Shown here in pieces: positions 15,989 through 25,545 of a stretch of 64,000 bases of DNA. The notes beneath the pieces were generated by a model. That model was not told the DNA's origin and ran no database searches. It saw only the letters and a program-made list of their open reading frames with translations. How positions within the stretch are numbered: position 1 is the first letter of the stretch; each line of letters starts with the position of its first letter. Source of the stretch: Candidatus Pacearchaeota archaeon (GTDB lineage: Archaea; Nanobdellota; Nanobdellia; Pacearchaeales; GW2011-AR1); assembly GCA_016866955.1 (NCBI GenBank), contig VGKT01000001.1, positions 2,556 through 66,555 on the forward strand, read 5' to 3'. A program made the translations under genes and the position numbers.

Positions 15989-16527
15989 TTGAGCATTGTC
16001 ACCTTTTGTATAATAAATCTTGCACGGTTTTGTACGGTATTAAAAGGGACGGTAATGGGTTTGTACCCATATTTCTTGTACACGTGTGCAATTAATTGAT
16101 GAATCTTTTTTGCTTCAGTATACGTCTCTTTACGTTTTGTATCATTTGTGTAATATTTCTGAGGGAGTGGGGCCATCAAAAAAACTAAATCGTATTTGAT
16201 ATGTTTTCCTTGTGTTACTCGTTCACTTAACCCATTGAGGTGTCCAAGTTGGGCATACGCAAAGCCATCAAAGAATCCTCGATCAAAAAAGACCACTTTT
16301 TCTTTTCGTAGAAGTCCTTTGGCAAAGTGATTGACTTCTAAGTCCCAAACTGCTTCTTGAAATTTCTTCCCTGACGCTTGCTTTGCATCTTTTCCTTTAA
16401 ACAATTTGTTACGTGCAAGGACCAAACGTGCGGATTCTTTCATGACTGGGAACTTCTTATCTAAGAGATTGAGCACGGATGTTTTTCCTGTTCCGGGACC
16501 ACCTGTAATCACCACTTGTAGAGGCAT
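15976..16527 (-). CDS. P-loop ATPase, AAA_28 / NadR ribosylnicotinamide-kinase-like
   Basis: VVITGGPGTGKTSVLNLL Walker A and FFDRG. Size and layout match the NadR C-terminal kinase-type domain. Overlaps the TspO start by 13 nt. Confidence 0.7.
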   Translation of the reverse strand: MPLQVVITGGPGTGKTSVLNLLDKKFPVMKESARLVLARNKLFKGKDAKQASGKKFQEAVWDLEVNHFAKGLLRKEKVVFFDRGFFDGFAYAQLGHLNGLSERVTQGKHIKYDLVFLMAPLPQKYYTNDTKRKETYTEAKKIHQLIAHVYKKYGYKPITVPFNTVQNRARFIIQKVTMLKCPH

Positions 16528-16577
16528 AGTTCTTTGAGTGGGATGAGTTATTTAAAGGTGTGTTTCATTAGTAAGAG

Positions 16578-16859
16578 ATGGTGGCGTTATCACTCCAGAA
16601 AATACAACAACGTATGCAAGAGCTCAAAGGATGGGGATTGGAGGGTGGAGGGCTAGAAAAGGAATGGATGTTTGAAGATTTTACTGCTGCACGTGCGTTT
16701 GTGGATAAAATTGCAGAACTTGCACAGGAACAGAATCATCACCCTACTCTTTTTTGGGAATACAATAAAGTGCGTTTGATTTTAACCACCCATGATGAAC
16801 GAGGAATTACGGAAAAAGATTTTCAGATGGCAGGAGCGATTGACAAACTATGCTGTTAG
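16578..16859 (+). CDS. pterin-4a-carbinolamine dehydratase (PCD/DCoH)
   Basis: FEDFTAARAFVDKIAELAQEQNHHPTLFWEYNKVRLILTTHD. Confidence 0.85.
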   Translation: MVALSLQKIQQRMQELKGWGLEGGGLEKEWMFEDFTAARAFVDKIAELAQEQNHHPTLFWEYNKVRLILTTHDERGITEKDFQMAGAIDKLCC

Positions 16860-17101
16860 AGCTATTTGGCATACTCTCAGCCATTCCAATAGGCTATTTC
16901 CTTGCCTGGCTTGCTCGTGAAGAACTGGTAGTAGGAAGAAAGTGGTTTCAGCGACTTGTTATTCTTTCACTCGTTCTTGGGGGAACCTTCTGGGCGTATG
17001 GGTTACGAGAGGGGCTAGAGATAGGTTGTTTTTTGGCAATTCTGGCTTTTATTGCCTATCACCAGAGTTTTAACCGTCGGTGGACAAAGAGCAAGATATA
17101 A
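16850..17101 (+). CDS. hypothetical small membrane protein
   Basis: 83 aa with 3 hydrophobic segments. Overlaps the PCD stop by 10 nt. Confidence 0.45.
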   Translation: MLLELFGILSAIPIGYFLAWLAREELVVGRKWFQRLVILSLVLGGTFWAYGLREGLEIGCFLAILAFIAYHQSFNRRWTKSKI

Positions 17102-17125
17102 AAGAGTGTCTTGGGAAGAAAGCAT

Positions 17126-19939
17126 ATGAAGGTTGACGTGAAGAAACCCCAAACTCATGAGGAAGAGATACAAGCTTTTTGGGATAAGCAGTCCGTGTAT
17201 GATAAGGTTGTCAAACATAATCGGAAAGGCCCCCCCTTTTACTTTATGGATGGTCCACCCTATGCAAACGGCCATATTCATATGGGTACTGCACTCAATA
17301 AGATTCTCAAAGATATAGCGATGCGTTCACAACGTTTGCAAGGCAAAGATGTATTCGATAGACCGGGATATGACACACACGGTACGCCTATTGAATTTCA
17401 AGTAGAGAAAGAGATTGGTTCAACAAATAAGAAAGATATTGAAAAATATGGTGTACAAACATTTATTGATCGATGTACTACCTTTGCAACCCGGTATATT
17501 GATCAAATGAATGATGAATTCAAAAATTTGGGTGTGTGGATGGATTGGAAGAACCCGTATGTTGCTCTTTCTGATGATTATATTGCATCTATTTGGGCTT
17601 CATTTAAAGCAGCAGATGAAAAGGGACTTTTGTATCAAGGCAAGTATCCAGTTCATGTATGTACTCGTTGTCAAACAGCAGTTGCCTTTAATGAAATTGA
17701 ATATGGAAAACAAAAAGATACTTCTATTTTTGTGAAATTTGCCGTTACGGGTAAAAAGAACACCTTCTTTATTATTTGGACAACCACTCCTTGGACACTT
17801 CCTGCGAACACCGGAATTATGGTGCATCCTGATGTCGTTTATCAAGAAGTGGTGACTGCAGAGGGAGAGCATTGGATTCTTGCTGAACCGTTAGTTGGAA
17901 AACTAATGACTCGTTTGGAACGTGGATTTACGGTTGAAAAAACGTACACTGGAAAACAATTAGAAGGGTGGACGTATACTTCTCCTCTTGCATCAGCTAT
18001 TCGCGTGTCTGCTCCCAATGGCTATCGTGTAGTCTGTTCCGCACGCTATGTTACCACGGAAGATGGTACGGGATTAGTACATTGTGCTCCGGGACATGGA
18101 AAAGAAGATTATGAAGTGGGAAAGGCAAATGGATTGCCGATGCCTTGCCCTGTGGGCATTGATGGTTTATTTACTGAAGAAGCTGGAGCATACGCAGGTA
18201 AACCTGTTCGTGAAACAAATGCTCGCATCATTACTGATTTAGAACAAAGAAATGCGTTGGTTGATACACTCGTATATGAACACGACTATCCACTCTGTTG
18301 GCGCGATAAATCTCCCCTTTTGATGGTATCCCAACCCCAATGGTTTTTGAAAATTTCAGCAATTCAGAAAAAATTAATACAACGTAATGAAAAACTTACT
18401 TGGGTTCCTTCTTGGATGGGACAGCGTATGCATGCCTGGCTTACAGGTATCGGTGACTGGCCAGTGAGTAGACAACGATACTGGGGCGCTCCTTTGCCCA
18501 TTTGGATTAACGATACTTCTGGAAAACGAGTAGTAATTGGAAGTGTCCAAGAATTACAAAAATTAACAGGAGTAAAAAAAATTGCTATGCATAAACCTGG
18601 AATTGATACGCTTACCTTTGTGAAAAAAGGTGAAAAGGGAGTATATCGACGTGTTCCTGAAGTATTAGATGTCTGGTTTGATTCTGGAGTTTCGAGCTGG
18701 GCTGCCCTCGCGTATCTTGGTACAAAAGGCCTGAAACGATATTGGCCTGCTTCTCTGAATATTGAAGGACGAGATCAAGTGCGAGGTTGGTGGAATTCAC
18801 AGCTCATCCTTTCAGAAATTTTATTTGACAAAGCACCTATGACTCATATCGCGGTACATGGTATGGTGTTAGATATCTCAAAACGTAAAATGAGCAAATC
18901 AGAAGGAAATGTAACTGCGCCAGGGGATGTTATTGCACAATATGGGCGAGATACCCTTCGATACTACTTTGCTAAATTTTCTAAGGGAGAAGATTTCAAT
19001 TACGATCCAAAGGAAATGCAAGAAATTGGGAAATTGTTTGGAATTCTTGCAAATAGCAACACCTTTATCTCTCAACTTACTCCGCGTCGAGCACCTCTTG
19101 CAATCGAAGATACTTGGATTCTTTCTAAATATTATCAATTGATTGAAGAAGTTACTAATGCTTATAACTCCTATCAATTTTTCGTAGGAACACAAGCACT
19201 TGAACGATTTATTATTCATGATCTAAGTAGAACCTATATTCAATTAATTCGTGATCGTGCAGATGAAGCATATCCCGTCTTACAAGAAATTCGTGTAGGG
19301 GTATTACAGTTACTTGCTCCTCTCGTACCCTATATGGCTGAAGCTTGGTGGCAAGAATTGCGTGCACAGAAATTGGTCAAAGAAGAATCGCTCTTTCTTT
19401 CTAGATTTCCTTTGGCACAAAAGAAAAAAATCAATCAAAAACTTGAACAAACCTTTGGGCAAGTACAAAGAATACTAGAAGTTGGGCTTCGTAAACGTGA
19501 TCAAGCACATATTGGTTTGAAATGGCCACTTCAAATGGCGACGATTACCAGTCCTGAATCTGTTTCAAAGGACGTGTATGCACTTATCATGAAACAACTT
19601 AATGTAAAGAAGGTACAAATTATGAAAGGAAAAGAATTTGATGTGGTACTTGATACTACGTTAACTCCTACGCTTGAAGCTGAAGGATATTCTAGAGAAT
19701 TGGCTCGAGCACTCCAAGCAGCGCGTAAAGAAAAAGGATTACAAAAAGGAGAATTAATCACTACTACGGTATTTGTTTCTTCAGAACTTCAAAAAATGCT
19801 CAAGGAACATCTTTCTTTTGTGAAAGAACGCACCAACTCTCAAAAATTGGTTTTTTCTGATGAACAAAGTGCTCCTGTCGACGCTATTGTACTTACTGCA
19901 CGGGAGAGAAGAATTGCCTTCTTATTTCGTCGTTGTTGA
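17126..19939 (+). CDS. ileS: isoleucyl-tRNA synthetase
   Basis: PPYANGHIHMGT (HIGH), WTTTPWTLPAN, KMSKS. Start trimmed to ATG 17126. Confidence 0.92.
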   Translation: MKVDVKKPQTHEEEIQAFWDKQSVYDKVVKHNRKGPPFYFMDGPPYANGHIHMGTALNKILKDIAMRSQRLQGKDVFDRPGYDTHGTPIEFQVEKEIGSTNKKDIEKYGVQTFIDRCTTFATRYIDQMNDEFKNLGVWMDWKNPYVALSDDYIASIWASFKAADEKGLLYQGKYPVHVCTRCQTAVAFNEIEYGKQKDTSIFVKFAVTGKKNTFFIIWTTTPWTLPANTGIMVHPDVVYQEVVTAEGEHWILAEPLVGKLMTRLERGFTVEKTYTGKQLEGWTYTSPLASAIRVSAPNGYRVVCSARYVTTEDGTGLVHCAPGHGKEDYEVGKANGLPMPCPVGIDGLFTEEAGAYAGKPVRETNARIITDLEQRNALVDTLVYEHDYPLCWRDKSPLLMVSQPQWFLKISAIQKKLIQRNEKLTWVPSWMGQRMHAWLTGIGDWPVSRQRYWGAPLPIWINDTSGKRVVIGSVQELQKLTGVKKIAMHKPGIDTLTFVKKGEKGVYRRVPEVLDVWFDSGVSSWAALAYLGTKGLKRYWPASLNIEGRDQVRGWWNSQLILSEILFDKAPMTHIAVHGMVLDISKRKMSKSEGNVTAPGDVIAQYGRDTLRYYFAKFSKGEDFNYDPKEMQEIGKLFGILANSNTFISQLTPRRAPLAIEDTWILSKYYQLIEEVTNAYNSYQFFVGTQALERFIIHDLSRTYIQLIRDRADEAYPVLQEIRVGVLQLLAPLVPYMAEAWWQELRAQKLVKEESLFLSRFPLAQKKKINQKLEQTFGQVQRILEVGLRKRDQAHIGLKWPLQMATITSPESVSKDVYALIMKQLNVKKVQIMKGKEFDVVLDTTLTPTLEAEGYSRELARALQAARKEKGLQKGELITTTVFVSSELQKMLKEHLSFVKERTNSQKLVFSDEQSAPVDAIVLTARERRIAFLFRRC

Positions 19940-20006
19940 ATGACAGCAACCGAAAACATTTAAATAGTCCAAGAGAATAAGTAGTATAAAGGTGATATGG
20001 ATTCAT

Positions 20007-20816
20007 ATGATTATCAAAGAAGAATTTTTGAGCAGACTACGCAAAATCTTTGATTTGAATCTCTATGAAGCTCGCGTATGGACTGCATTACTTTCTCGTG
20101 GTACGTCTACTGCTGGTGAATTAAGTAATATTTCAGATGTTCCTCGTTCTCGTACATATGATATCCTTGAAAGTTTGGAAAAGAAAGGATTTATTGTAAT
20201 GAAAGTCGGTAAACCGATCAAATTTGTTGCTTTGAAACCTGAAGAAGTGGTTGAACGTGTTAAGAAGAATTTAGTTGTTGACGCACAAGAAAAAAGTAGA
20301 CGCCTTGAAAAATTACGAGGAGATGAAGTGTTGGAAGAATTGAATGGTTTATTCAGTAATGGTATTAAGTTTGTAGAACCTTCTGACCTTTCTGGAAGTT
20401 TGCGCGGTCGACAGAATATGTATAATCATCTAGATATGATGATTCGAGGTGCTGAACGCACGATTACTATTGTAACAACTGCTGAAGGATTGAATCGTAA
20501 GATGGAAATGTTATTACCTGGGTTAGAACGTGCAAAGAAACGAGGAGTTATTATTCGCATTGCTGCACCAATTACTAATGCTAATTTGAAAATTGCAAAA
20601 GACTTGAATAAGATTGCTGAAGTCCGTAATCTTGATTCAAAATTGACTGCACGTTTTGCAGTTGTTGATAGCAATCAAGTGATGTTTATGTTGCTTGATG
20701 ATAAGAGTATCCATCCAAATTATGATGTTGCTGTTTGGCTATCAACCGAGTTTTTTGCAAAAGCAATGGAACAGATGTTTGAACTTGCCTGGAATACATT
20801 CAGTAAAGTACGATAA
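20007..20816 (+). CDS. TrmB-family transcriptional regulator
   Basis: LYEARVWTALLSRGTSTAGELSNISDVPRSRTYDILESLEKKGFI winged-helix motif. Start trimmed to ATG 20007. Confidence 0.8.
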   Translation: MIIKEEFLSRLRKIFDLNLYEARVWTALLSRGTSTAGELSNISDVPRSRTYDILESLEKKGFIVMKVGKPIKFVALKPEEVVERVKKNLVVDAQEKSRRLEKLRGDEVLEELNGLFSNGIKFVEPSDLSGSLRGRQNMYNHLDMMIRGAERTITIVTTAEGLNRKMEMLLPGLERAKKRGVIIRIAAPITNANLKIAKDLNKIAEVRNLDSKLTARFAVVDSNQVMFMLLDDKSIHPNYDVAVWLSTEFFAKAMEQMFELAWNTFSKVR

Positions 20817-20883
20817 TTTCTGTTAGTGTTGTTAACAGGTACTAACAATAAACACTTAAAGGACCATCTCTGAAAGATAAGAT

Positions 20884-21645
20884 ATGACTCCTTGTTATAT
20901 TGACATTCATTGTCATTTTGAACGCTGCCCTACCGAAGAAGCACTTGCTCGTGCTGAGCAAGCCGGAGTGGGTATTATATGTACGCAAGGAACTGATCCT
21001 GCGACAAACATTGCTTCATTGAAATTAGGAAAGAAACATGCTTCGGTGAAGACGTGCATGGGCTTGTATCCGATTACTGCACTCAAAATGAAAGATGAAG
21101 ATATTGATTTGATGCTTATTGGAATTGCACAACAAGCAGAGCATGTTGTTGCTCTCGGGGAAGTAGGAATGGACTTTAAAGAAGATGAAACGCACCATGC
21201 ACGTCAGAAAGAAATCTTTACTAAAGTAGTGAAACTAGCTTTACAACTCAATAAACCAGTAATTGTACATTCCCGAAAAGCAGAACTTGCTACGATTGAA
21301 TTGCTTGAACAGCTTGGGGCGAAGAAAGTAATTATGCATTGTTTTTGTGGAAAATGGAATCTTGCTGAACGCATTATTGCAAATGGATGGTACCTAACTG
21401 TCCCTACTTCGGTGACTCGCTCGGAGCAATTTCAACGGTATGCGAAGGAGCTTCCCCTCGCGCAGCTCTTCTGTGAAACTGATGCTCCTTACTTACATCC
21501 TGATAAAACGGTGACTACGTTATCTAATGAACCTGCGAATGTGCTCTCAAGTTATGTATGGATTGCAACGTTGCGAGGAATGAAACTGGAAGACGTGCGA
21601 GATCAAGTTTTTAGGAATTTTGAAACAGTATTTGGGAAGGTTTAA
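20884..21645 (+). CDS. TatD-family metal-dependent hydrolase
   Basis: YIDIHCH, EVGMDF, VIVHSR, ETDAPYL. Confidence 0.85.
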   Translation: MTPCYIDIHCHFERCPTEEALARAEQAGVGIICTQGTDPATNIASLKLGKKHASVKTCMGLYPITALKMKDEDIDLMLIGIAQQAEHVVALGEVGMDFKEDETHHARQKEIFTKVVKLALQLNKPVIVHSRKAELATIELLEQLGAKKVIMHCFCGKWNLAERIIANGWYLTVPTSVTRSEQFQRYAKELPLAQLFCETDAPYLHPDKTVTTLSNEPANVLSSYVWIATLRGMKLEDVRDQVFRNFETVFGKV

Positions 21646-21723
21646 AAAACACTTTTTGAGGATTTTTCTATGGAGCAACTTGGAACATTAGTGGACTATG
21701 GTAATTACGGTAGAGTACACCGC

Positions 21724-22059
21724 TTACGGGAAATCAGCGATGCTTTCTATTGCATCTAAAAGAACTTCCTTGACCACATGATGAGAAGATATGGTCAGAT
21801 TAATGATGTCTTTACCATAAAATACATCAATTCTTGCTTTATCTGCAGAATAGGATTCATGCTTATCAACCATAACTCCGGGTTTAAAATCATCTTCTTC
21901 ATCGTGTACTCGTACCCCTCGTAAACCGCTACTTGAAGAACATTTTTTTACGATATCGGTGAATGAAGTAAGCCAGGCATACGAAAAATCTTGTTTCTTG
22001 ATAATAAAATAATAAAAACTTCCTTCATTTCCAAATCCGATTATCTTTATCTTTGTCAT
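21724..22059 (-). CDS. hypothetical protein
   Basis: 111-aa ORF; no family recognised. Confidence 0.45.
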   Translation of the reverse strand: MTKIKIIGFGNEGSFYYFIIKKQDFSYAWLTSFTDIVKKCSSSSGLRGVRVHDEEDDFKPGVMVDKHESYSADKARIDVFYGKDIINLTISSHHVVKEVLLDAIESIADFP

Positions 22060-22107
22060 GAAACGTATAGGTATTGTTCTTATTTAATTCTTTTTGATAA
22101 GAAAAAA

Positions 22108-22239
22108 TGCGAGGGGGAGGATTTGAACCTCCGAAGGCACTAAGCCACAAGATTTCTTACAAAATCTTGCTTGCTACCCTTCCTCACGGAAGAGGCGACG
22201 TCTTAAGTCTTGCGCATTTGACCGCTTTGCTACCCTCGC
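22108..22239 (-). tRNA. tRNA-Leu (anticodon TAA) with an intron of about 48 nt at the canonical 37/38 position
   Basis: Exon 1 is GCGAGGGTAGCAAAGCGGTCAAATGCGCAAGACTTAAG (anticodon at 22205..22203). The intron is about 22201..22154. Exon 2 is ATCTTG + long variable arm TGGCTTAGTGCCTTC + GGAGG-TTCAAAT-CCTCC + CCCTCGC-A. Confidence 0.8.
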
Positions 22240-22262
22240 GCACCTCAGAAACTCGAAAAGGC

Positions 22263-22270
22263 ATTATAAA
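22263..22270 (-). promoter_or_regulatory. TATA box (TTTATAAT on minus strand) for tRNA-Leu(TAA)
   Basis: Lies 24-31 nt upstream of the tRNA 5' end at 22239. Confidence 0.45.
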
Positions 22271-22295
22271 GGTTATTGTTCTCTTCTCAAAATAC

Positions 22296-22499
22296 TTATT
22301 GGTCAGAATTAATAGCGCTTACCATTGCTGTTGATTGTCGATTGACATGTTGTAATGCTTCTTCGTCTGTTGCTTTTGGATGTTCACGTTTGAATTTGAG
22401 TGCTTCAGATGCTCCAGCAATAAGTGCCATTTTCATTATTCCTCTTTGTTCCATGTTGCTTTTTTTGTCTGAGAGTATATAAGGATTATTGTGTTTCAA
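22296..22499 (-). CDS. hypothetical small protein (start uncertain)
   Basis: 67-aa ORF. Internal Met codons (MEQRG, MKMALIAG) are alternative starts. Confidence 0.35.
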   Translation of the reverse strand: MKHNNPYILSDKKSNMEQRGIMKMALIAGASEALKFKREHPKATDEEALQHVNRQSTAMVSAINSDQ

Positions 22500-22601
22500 A
22501 ATGAAGATGAATACTTTATTAGACTTATGTTAACCCGAACCCTTCTCGCCTTAATGTTTAAATAGGGGTTCGCATTAATGTTATTGAGGTAGTGAAAGAG
22601 G

Positions 22602-23426
22602 ATGACAACTGATTTGTTGCGTGCAGAATTGAAAGTACGTGGATTTTCTCCGTTGACAGTGCGCAATTATGGCTTTTTTACAGATAAATTCTTAGAACAG
22701 GTACATAAACAACCTGATCAAGTAACTCAAGATGATGCCAAACTCTATTTGGCCAGTCTCTTTGATGATAAATCCAAGAATACCATCATGTTGGCGGCGG
22801 CTGCTTTGAAGTTTTATTTCACCCAGATTCTTAAAAAAGACTTCTCCGCGGTTAAAATGCCTAAAAAAGAGAAACGATTGCCGGCAGTCTTAACAAAAGA
22901 TGAAATGCGCGCTTTGCTTTCTCATGCAGATACTGAAAAGTCTCGCTTAATGATTTCATTGTTGTATTCTACGGGGCTTCGCGTATCGGAAGTGGTCAAT
23001 TTGAAAAAGAATGATATTGATTTTGGAGAAAAATCAGGATGGGTACGAAAAGGAAAGGGAAACAAAGATCGCTTGTTTAGTATTTCTGACCAACTTACCA
23101 AGGATTTGCAAGCATATCTTAAAGAGAGAGAGTATCAGTATGTATTGTCTAAGGAGAAACCGTTGACCACCCGTAATATTCAGAAGATTATCAAACAAAC
23201 AGCAGGACGTGCACAAATCCAGAAAAAAGTAACCCCTCACACCTTACGTCATAGTTTCGCGACACATCTGCTTGAACAAGGCACAGATATTCGCGTCATT
23301 CAAGCAATGCTTGGACATAGTAACTTGAACACGACCCAAGTGTATACACATGTTTCAGCTGACCAGATCAAAAAAGTTGCGAACCCACTTGATACTTTAC
23401 TCATCTCTCGCGATGGAATCGTCTAA
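22602..23426 (+). CDS. xerA: tyrosine recombinase XerA-like
   Basis: N-terminal SAM-like core-binding domain. C-terminal R...HTLRHSFATHLLEQGTDIRVIQAMLGHSNLNTTQVYTHV. Confidence 0.85.
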   Translation: MTTDLLRAELKVRGFSPLTVRNYGFFTDKFLEQVHKQPDQVTQDDAKLYLASLFDDKSKNTIMLAAAALKFYFTQILKKDFSAVKMPKKEKRLPAVLTKDEMRALLSHADTEKSRLMISLLYSTGLRVSEVVNLKKNDIDFGEKSGWVRKGKGNKDRLFSISDQLTKDLQAYLKEREYQYVLSKEKPLTTRNIQKIIKQTAGRAQIQKKVTPHTLRHSFATHLLEQGTDIRVIQAMLGHSNLNTTQVYTHVSADQIKKVANPLDTLLISRDGIV

Positions 23427-23628
23427 CTATGCTTTGCTTCTGGAACGATTATGCCTAGCTTCTGATGCCCATGACTGGGTACAATTCGAACGGTTATGGC
23501 CTGTAACCCGACAAGCGTATGAAACGTATAATCATGAACGCCGAGAACGAGGATGGGTTCCGGTAACGATACATGAAGAAAGTTGGAATAAACTCTGGAG
23601 AGAAGCACATCGGCTTGTGCGGAATTAA
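23412..23628 (+). CDS. hypothetical Trp-rich small protein
   Basis: 72-aa ORF starting at ATG 23412. Overlaps the xerA end by 15 nt. Confidence 0.35.
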
Positions 23629-23979
23629 TTAGTCCTTTAATGTGCCTTTCGCACGTTCGTGTGCTAAAGCAAGTACTTGTTCAGGAGTAAGGTCTTCATC
23701 ATCGTCTTCTTCAATGGGAAATGAGGGATTTATTTTTTGTTGATAATGATAATATCGTTGGACAAGGTGCGGATATTTCTTTTTAATAGCTTCCAAGAGC
23801 CTTCGAGGAGACTGGGAGCTTGCTCCCACCATATCTTGCTTGAGTAAGGCATGTAAATCCCAATAAAGCCCCTCTTCAGTGCCCACTGCAACATAGTGCG
23901 TCGCACAAAGAGGCTTTTCCTCTTTAAACAAATCTGCTTCTTTATTACATACAGTACAACGAGGCATGGCCATAGTCAT
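23629..23979 (-). CDS. hypothetical protein with N-terminal CxxC...C..H motif and an acidic tail
   Basis: MTMAMPRCTVCNKEADLFKEEKPLCATH. The track ORF (to 24186) was trimmed because it overlaps rps9. Confidence 0.5.
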   Translation of the reverse strand: MTMAMPRCTVCNKEADLFKEEKPLCATHYVAVGTEEGLYWDLHALLKQDMVGASSQSPRRLLEAIKKKYPHLVQRYYHYQQKINPSFPIEEDDDEDLTPEQVLALAHERAKGTLKD

Positions 23980-24028
23980 TTTAAATGTAGAAGAAGCTAT
24001 AAGGATTTCGGTTTCCTTTAGGTAGTCA

Positions 24029-24442
24029 TTAACGATAGGACTTCTGACGGCGAGCACGTGGAGCAGAGTCATTTGGTTTGTTTGCTTCCTTACGTCTGGA
24101 ATCTGCAACAACCATGTTTCTGTCATATTTGATAAATGTCTTTTTGAGTGTTTCAGAGCCAGTAATGTATAAGAGAGCCTTTGCAATTGCTAAACGACCT
24201 GCTTGCATTTGTGCTTCTTTTCCACCACCAATTGCTTTGATATGAAAATCAACTTTCAAAGGATCACCCAATTCTTGTTCATATAACCGAAGCGGTTCAG
24301 CAAGTGCTAATTTATGGAATAAAGGTAATTCTGTTGCAGGAAGATGATTAAAGAATACTTTTCCTGTGCCTGTCTTGAAACGAAGTTTTGCAACTGCTGT
24401 TTTTCTCTTTCCTGCAATAATACGAGTCATTTCAAAAGCCAT
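24029..24442 (-). CDS. rps9: 30S ribosomal protein S9 (uS9)
   Basis: GGG...Q..A...AIAKAL and the C-terminal RRQKSYR. Confidence 0.92.
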   Translation of the reverse strand: MAFEMTRIIAGKRKTAVAKLRFKTGTGKVFFNHLPATELPLFHKLALAEPLRLYEQELGDPLKVDFHIKAIGGGKEAQMQAGRLAIAKALLYITGSETLKKTFIKYDRNMVVADSRRKEANKPNDSAPRARRQKSYR

Positions 24443-24444
24443 GC

Positions 24445-24849
24445 TTATAGTTCCTTCGCTAAGTCAGCGAGTGAGATTGTTTGTGTCATAATTGGACGAG
24501 TAAGAACTTGTGCTTTAACGGTCTTGAATTCAGCAGGAATTTGATTATAACATTTGATACGATCAAATGCTGCTTCCCCACGACCCATTTTATAGGACAA
24601 CATGCCACGAATAGTACGTTTCATTAATCGTTCAGGGCTACGTTTTATCCAATTTGGACCGTTTAATGCATTTCCACCACGAAGTACGGCTTGTTTGTAT
24701 TCTGCAATTACCATACGTGTTCTTCCTGCAACTAATGCTTGTGTACAATTAACAACTGCAACTTGTTTGCCTAAAAGTGATTGTTTTGCTGCAACGCTTG
24801 CAACACGACCTACTGTTGCCCCTGCTGCATCAATGACAACTGTTTCCAT
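24445..24849 (-). CDS. rpl13: 50S ribosomal protein L13 (uL13)
   Basis: VIDAAG..VGRVAS..AK..L.G..V.VVN pattern. Sits in the conserved L18e-L13-S9 order. Confidence 0.92.
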   Translation of the reverse strand: METVVIDAAGATVGRVASVAAKQSLLGKQVAVVNCTQALVAGRTRMVIAEYKQAVLRGGNALNGPNWIKRSPERLMKRTIRGMLSYKMGRGEAAFDRIKCYNQIPAEFKTVKAQVLTRPIMTQTISLADLAKEL

Positions 24850-25226
24850 TAGGCGAGCACCTTAATCCCTGTTGCTTTTGGATTTCCTTTTATTTCTTCA
24901 GCGATCGTCACCAATTCACTTTTGGTTGCCTTTGCTTTTTCATGAGCTGCTGCTGAGAATGAAAGAGCTACAATACGGACTTTCTTGGTGAGTGTTCCTG
25001 AAGCTACTACTTTCCCCCCAATTAATACAGTGTCTCCTGTTTTGGTGAGAGCGTCAATTTGATCAAGATTTAGAGCTGCAAGTGCTTTTGTTGGTCCTGA
25101 AATACGTTGGGCTACAGGAAGCCAAGCATCTTGTTTACGTGCTGCTAAAATGGTTGCCTGAAGTGAAGGATTTGTCTTTCTTCCTGCCTTTCTCTTGATA
25201 TGTGTTTTACTGAATGCATGTTTCAT
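24849..25226 (-). CDS. rpl18e: 50S ribosomal protein L18e
   Basis: TNPSLQATI...VNL..I......GDTVLIGGKV...G.L.KKV.IVALSFS..A.EK pattern. Confidence 0.85.
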   Translation of the reverse strand: MKHAFSKTHIKRKAGRKTNPSLQATILAARKQDAWLPVAQRISGPTKALAALNLDQIDALTKTGDTVLIGGKVVASGTLTKKVRIVALSFSAAAHEKAKATKSELVTIAEEIKGNPKATGIKVLA

Positions 25227-25304
25227 ACTTTTGTGCTATTGGTGACGGTATATAAAGCTTTAGTCGAGCGGAATCTTTTTATACTTTCATGTGTATTAAT
25301 GTGT

Positions 25305-25529
25305 ATGACTAAAATACGCGTCAATATTACGGTCGATAGAGAAACGCTTCAGTTGGCTAAGAAAAAGTTGGACTTGTTTGGAGGGAAATTATCCACCCTC
25401 TTCGATGCCTATCTTCGAGATTTTGTCAAGAGTATGGATAAAGAATATGGTGCGGATTATAAAGTGTTACAGGAAAAAGTAATTGAATTGGAGAGGCGAT
25501 TGGGAAAAGTTGAAGGAAAAAAATTATAA
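25305..25529 (+). CDS. small ribbon-helix-helix / CcdA-like protein
   Basis: IRVNITVDRETLQLAKKKLDLFGGKLSTLFDAYLRDFV. Opposite strand, inside the ribosomal-protein cluster. Confidence 0.4.
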   Translation: MTKIRVNITVDRETLQLAKKKLDLFGGKLSTLFDAYLRDFVKSMDKEYGADYKVLQEKVIELERRLGKVEGKKL

Positions 25530-25545
25530 TTTTCTTTTTTAAGTA

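Noticed and set aside
22108-23979. An integrated mobile element: a tyrosine recombinase next to a tRNA gene with small unknown ORFs
   Set aside because: The recombinase has the full XerA-like architecture expected of the chromosomal dimer resolvase. I found no duplicated tRNA 3' segment (att repeat) flanking the region. Composition is like the surrounding core genes.
23980-24186. N-terminal 69 residues of the 185-aa ORF 23629..24186
   Set aside because: This part overlaps the well-supported rps9 gene in another frame. An internal Met cluster (MTMAMPRC) at 23979 gives a non-overlapping gene.
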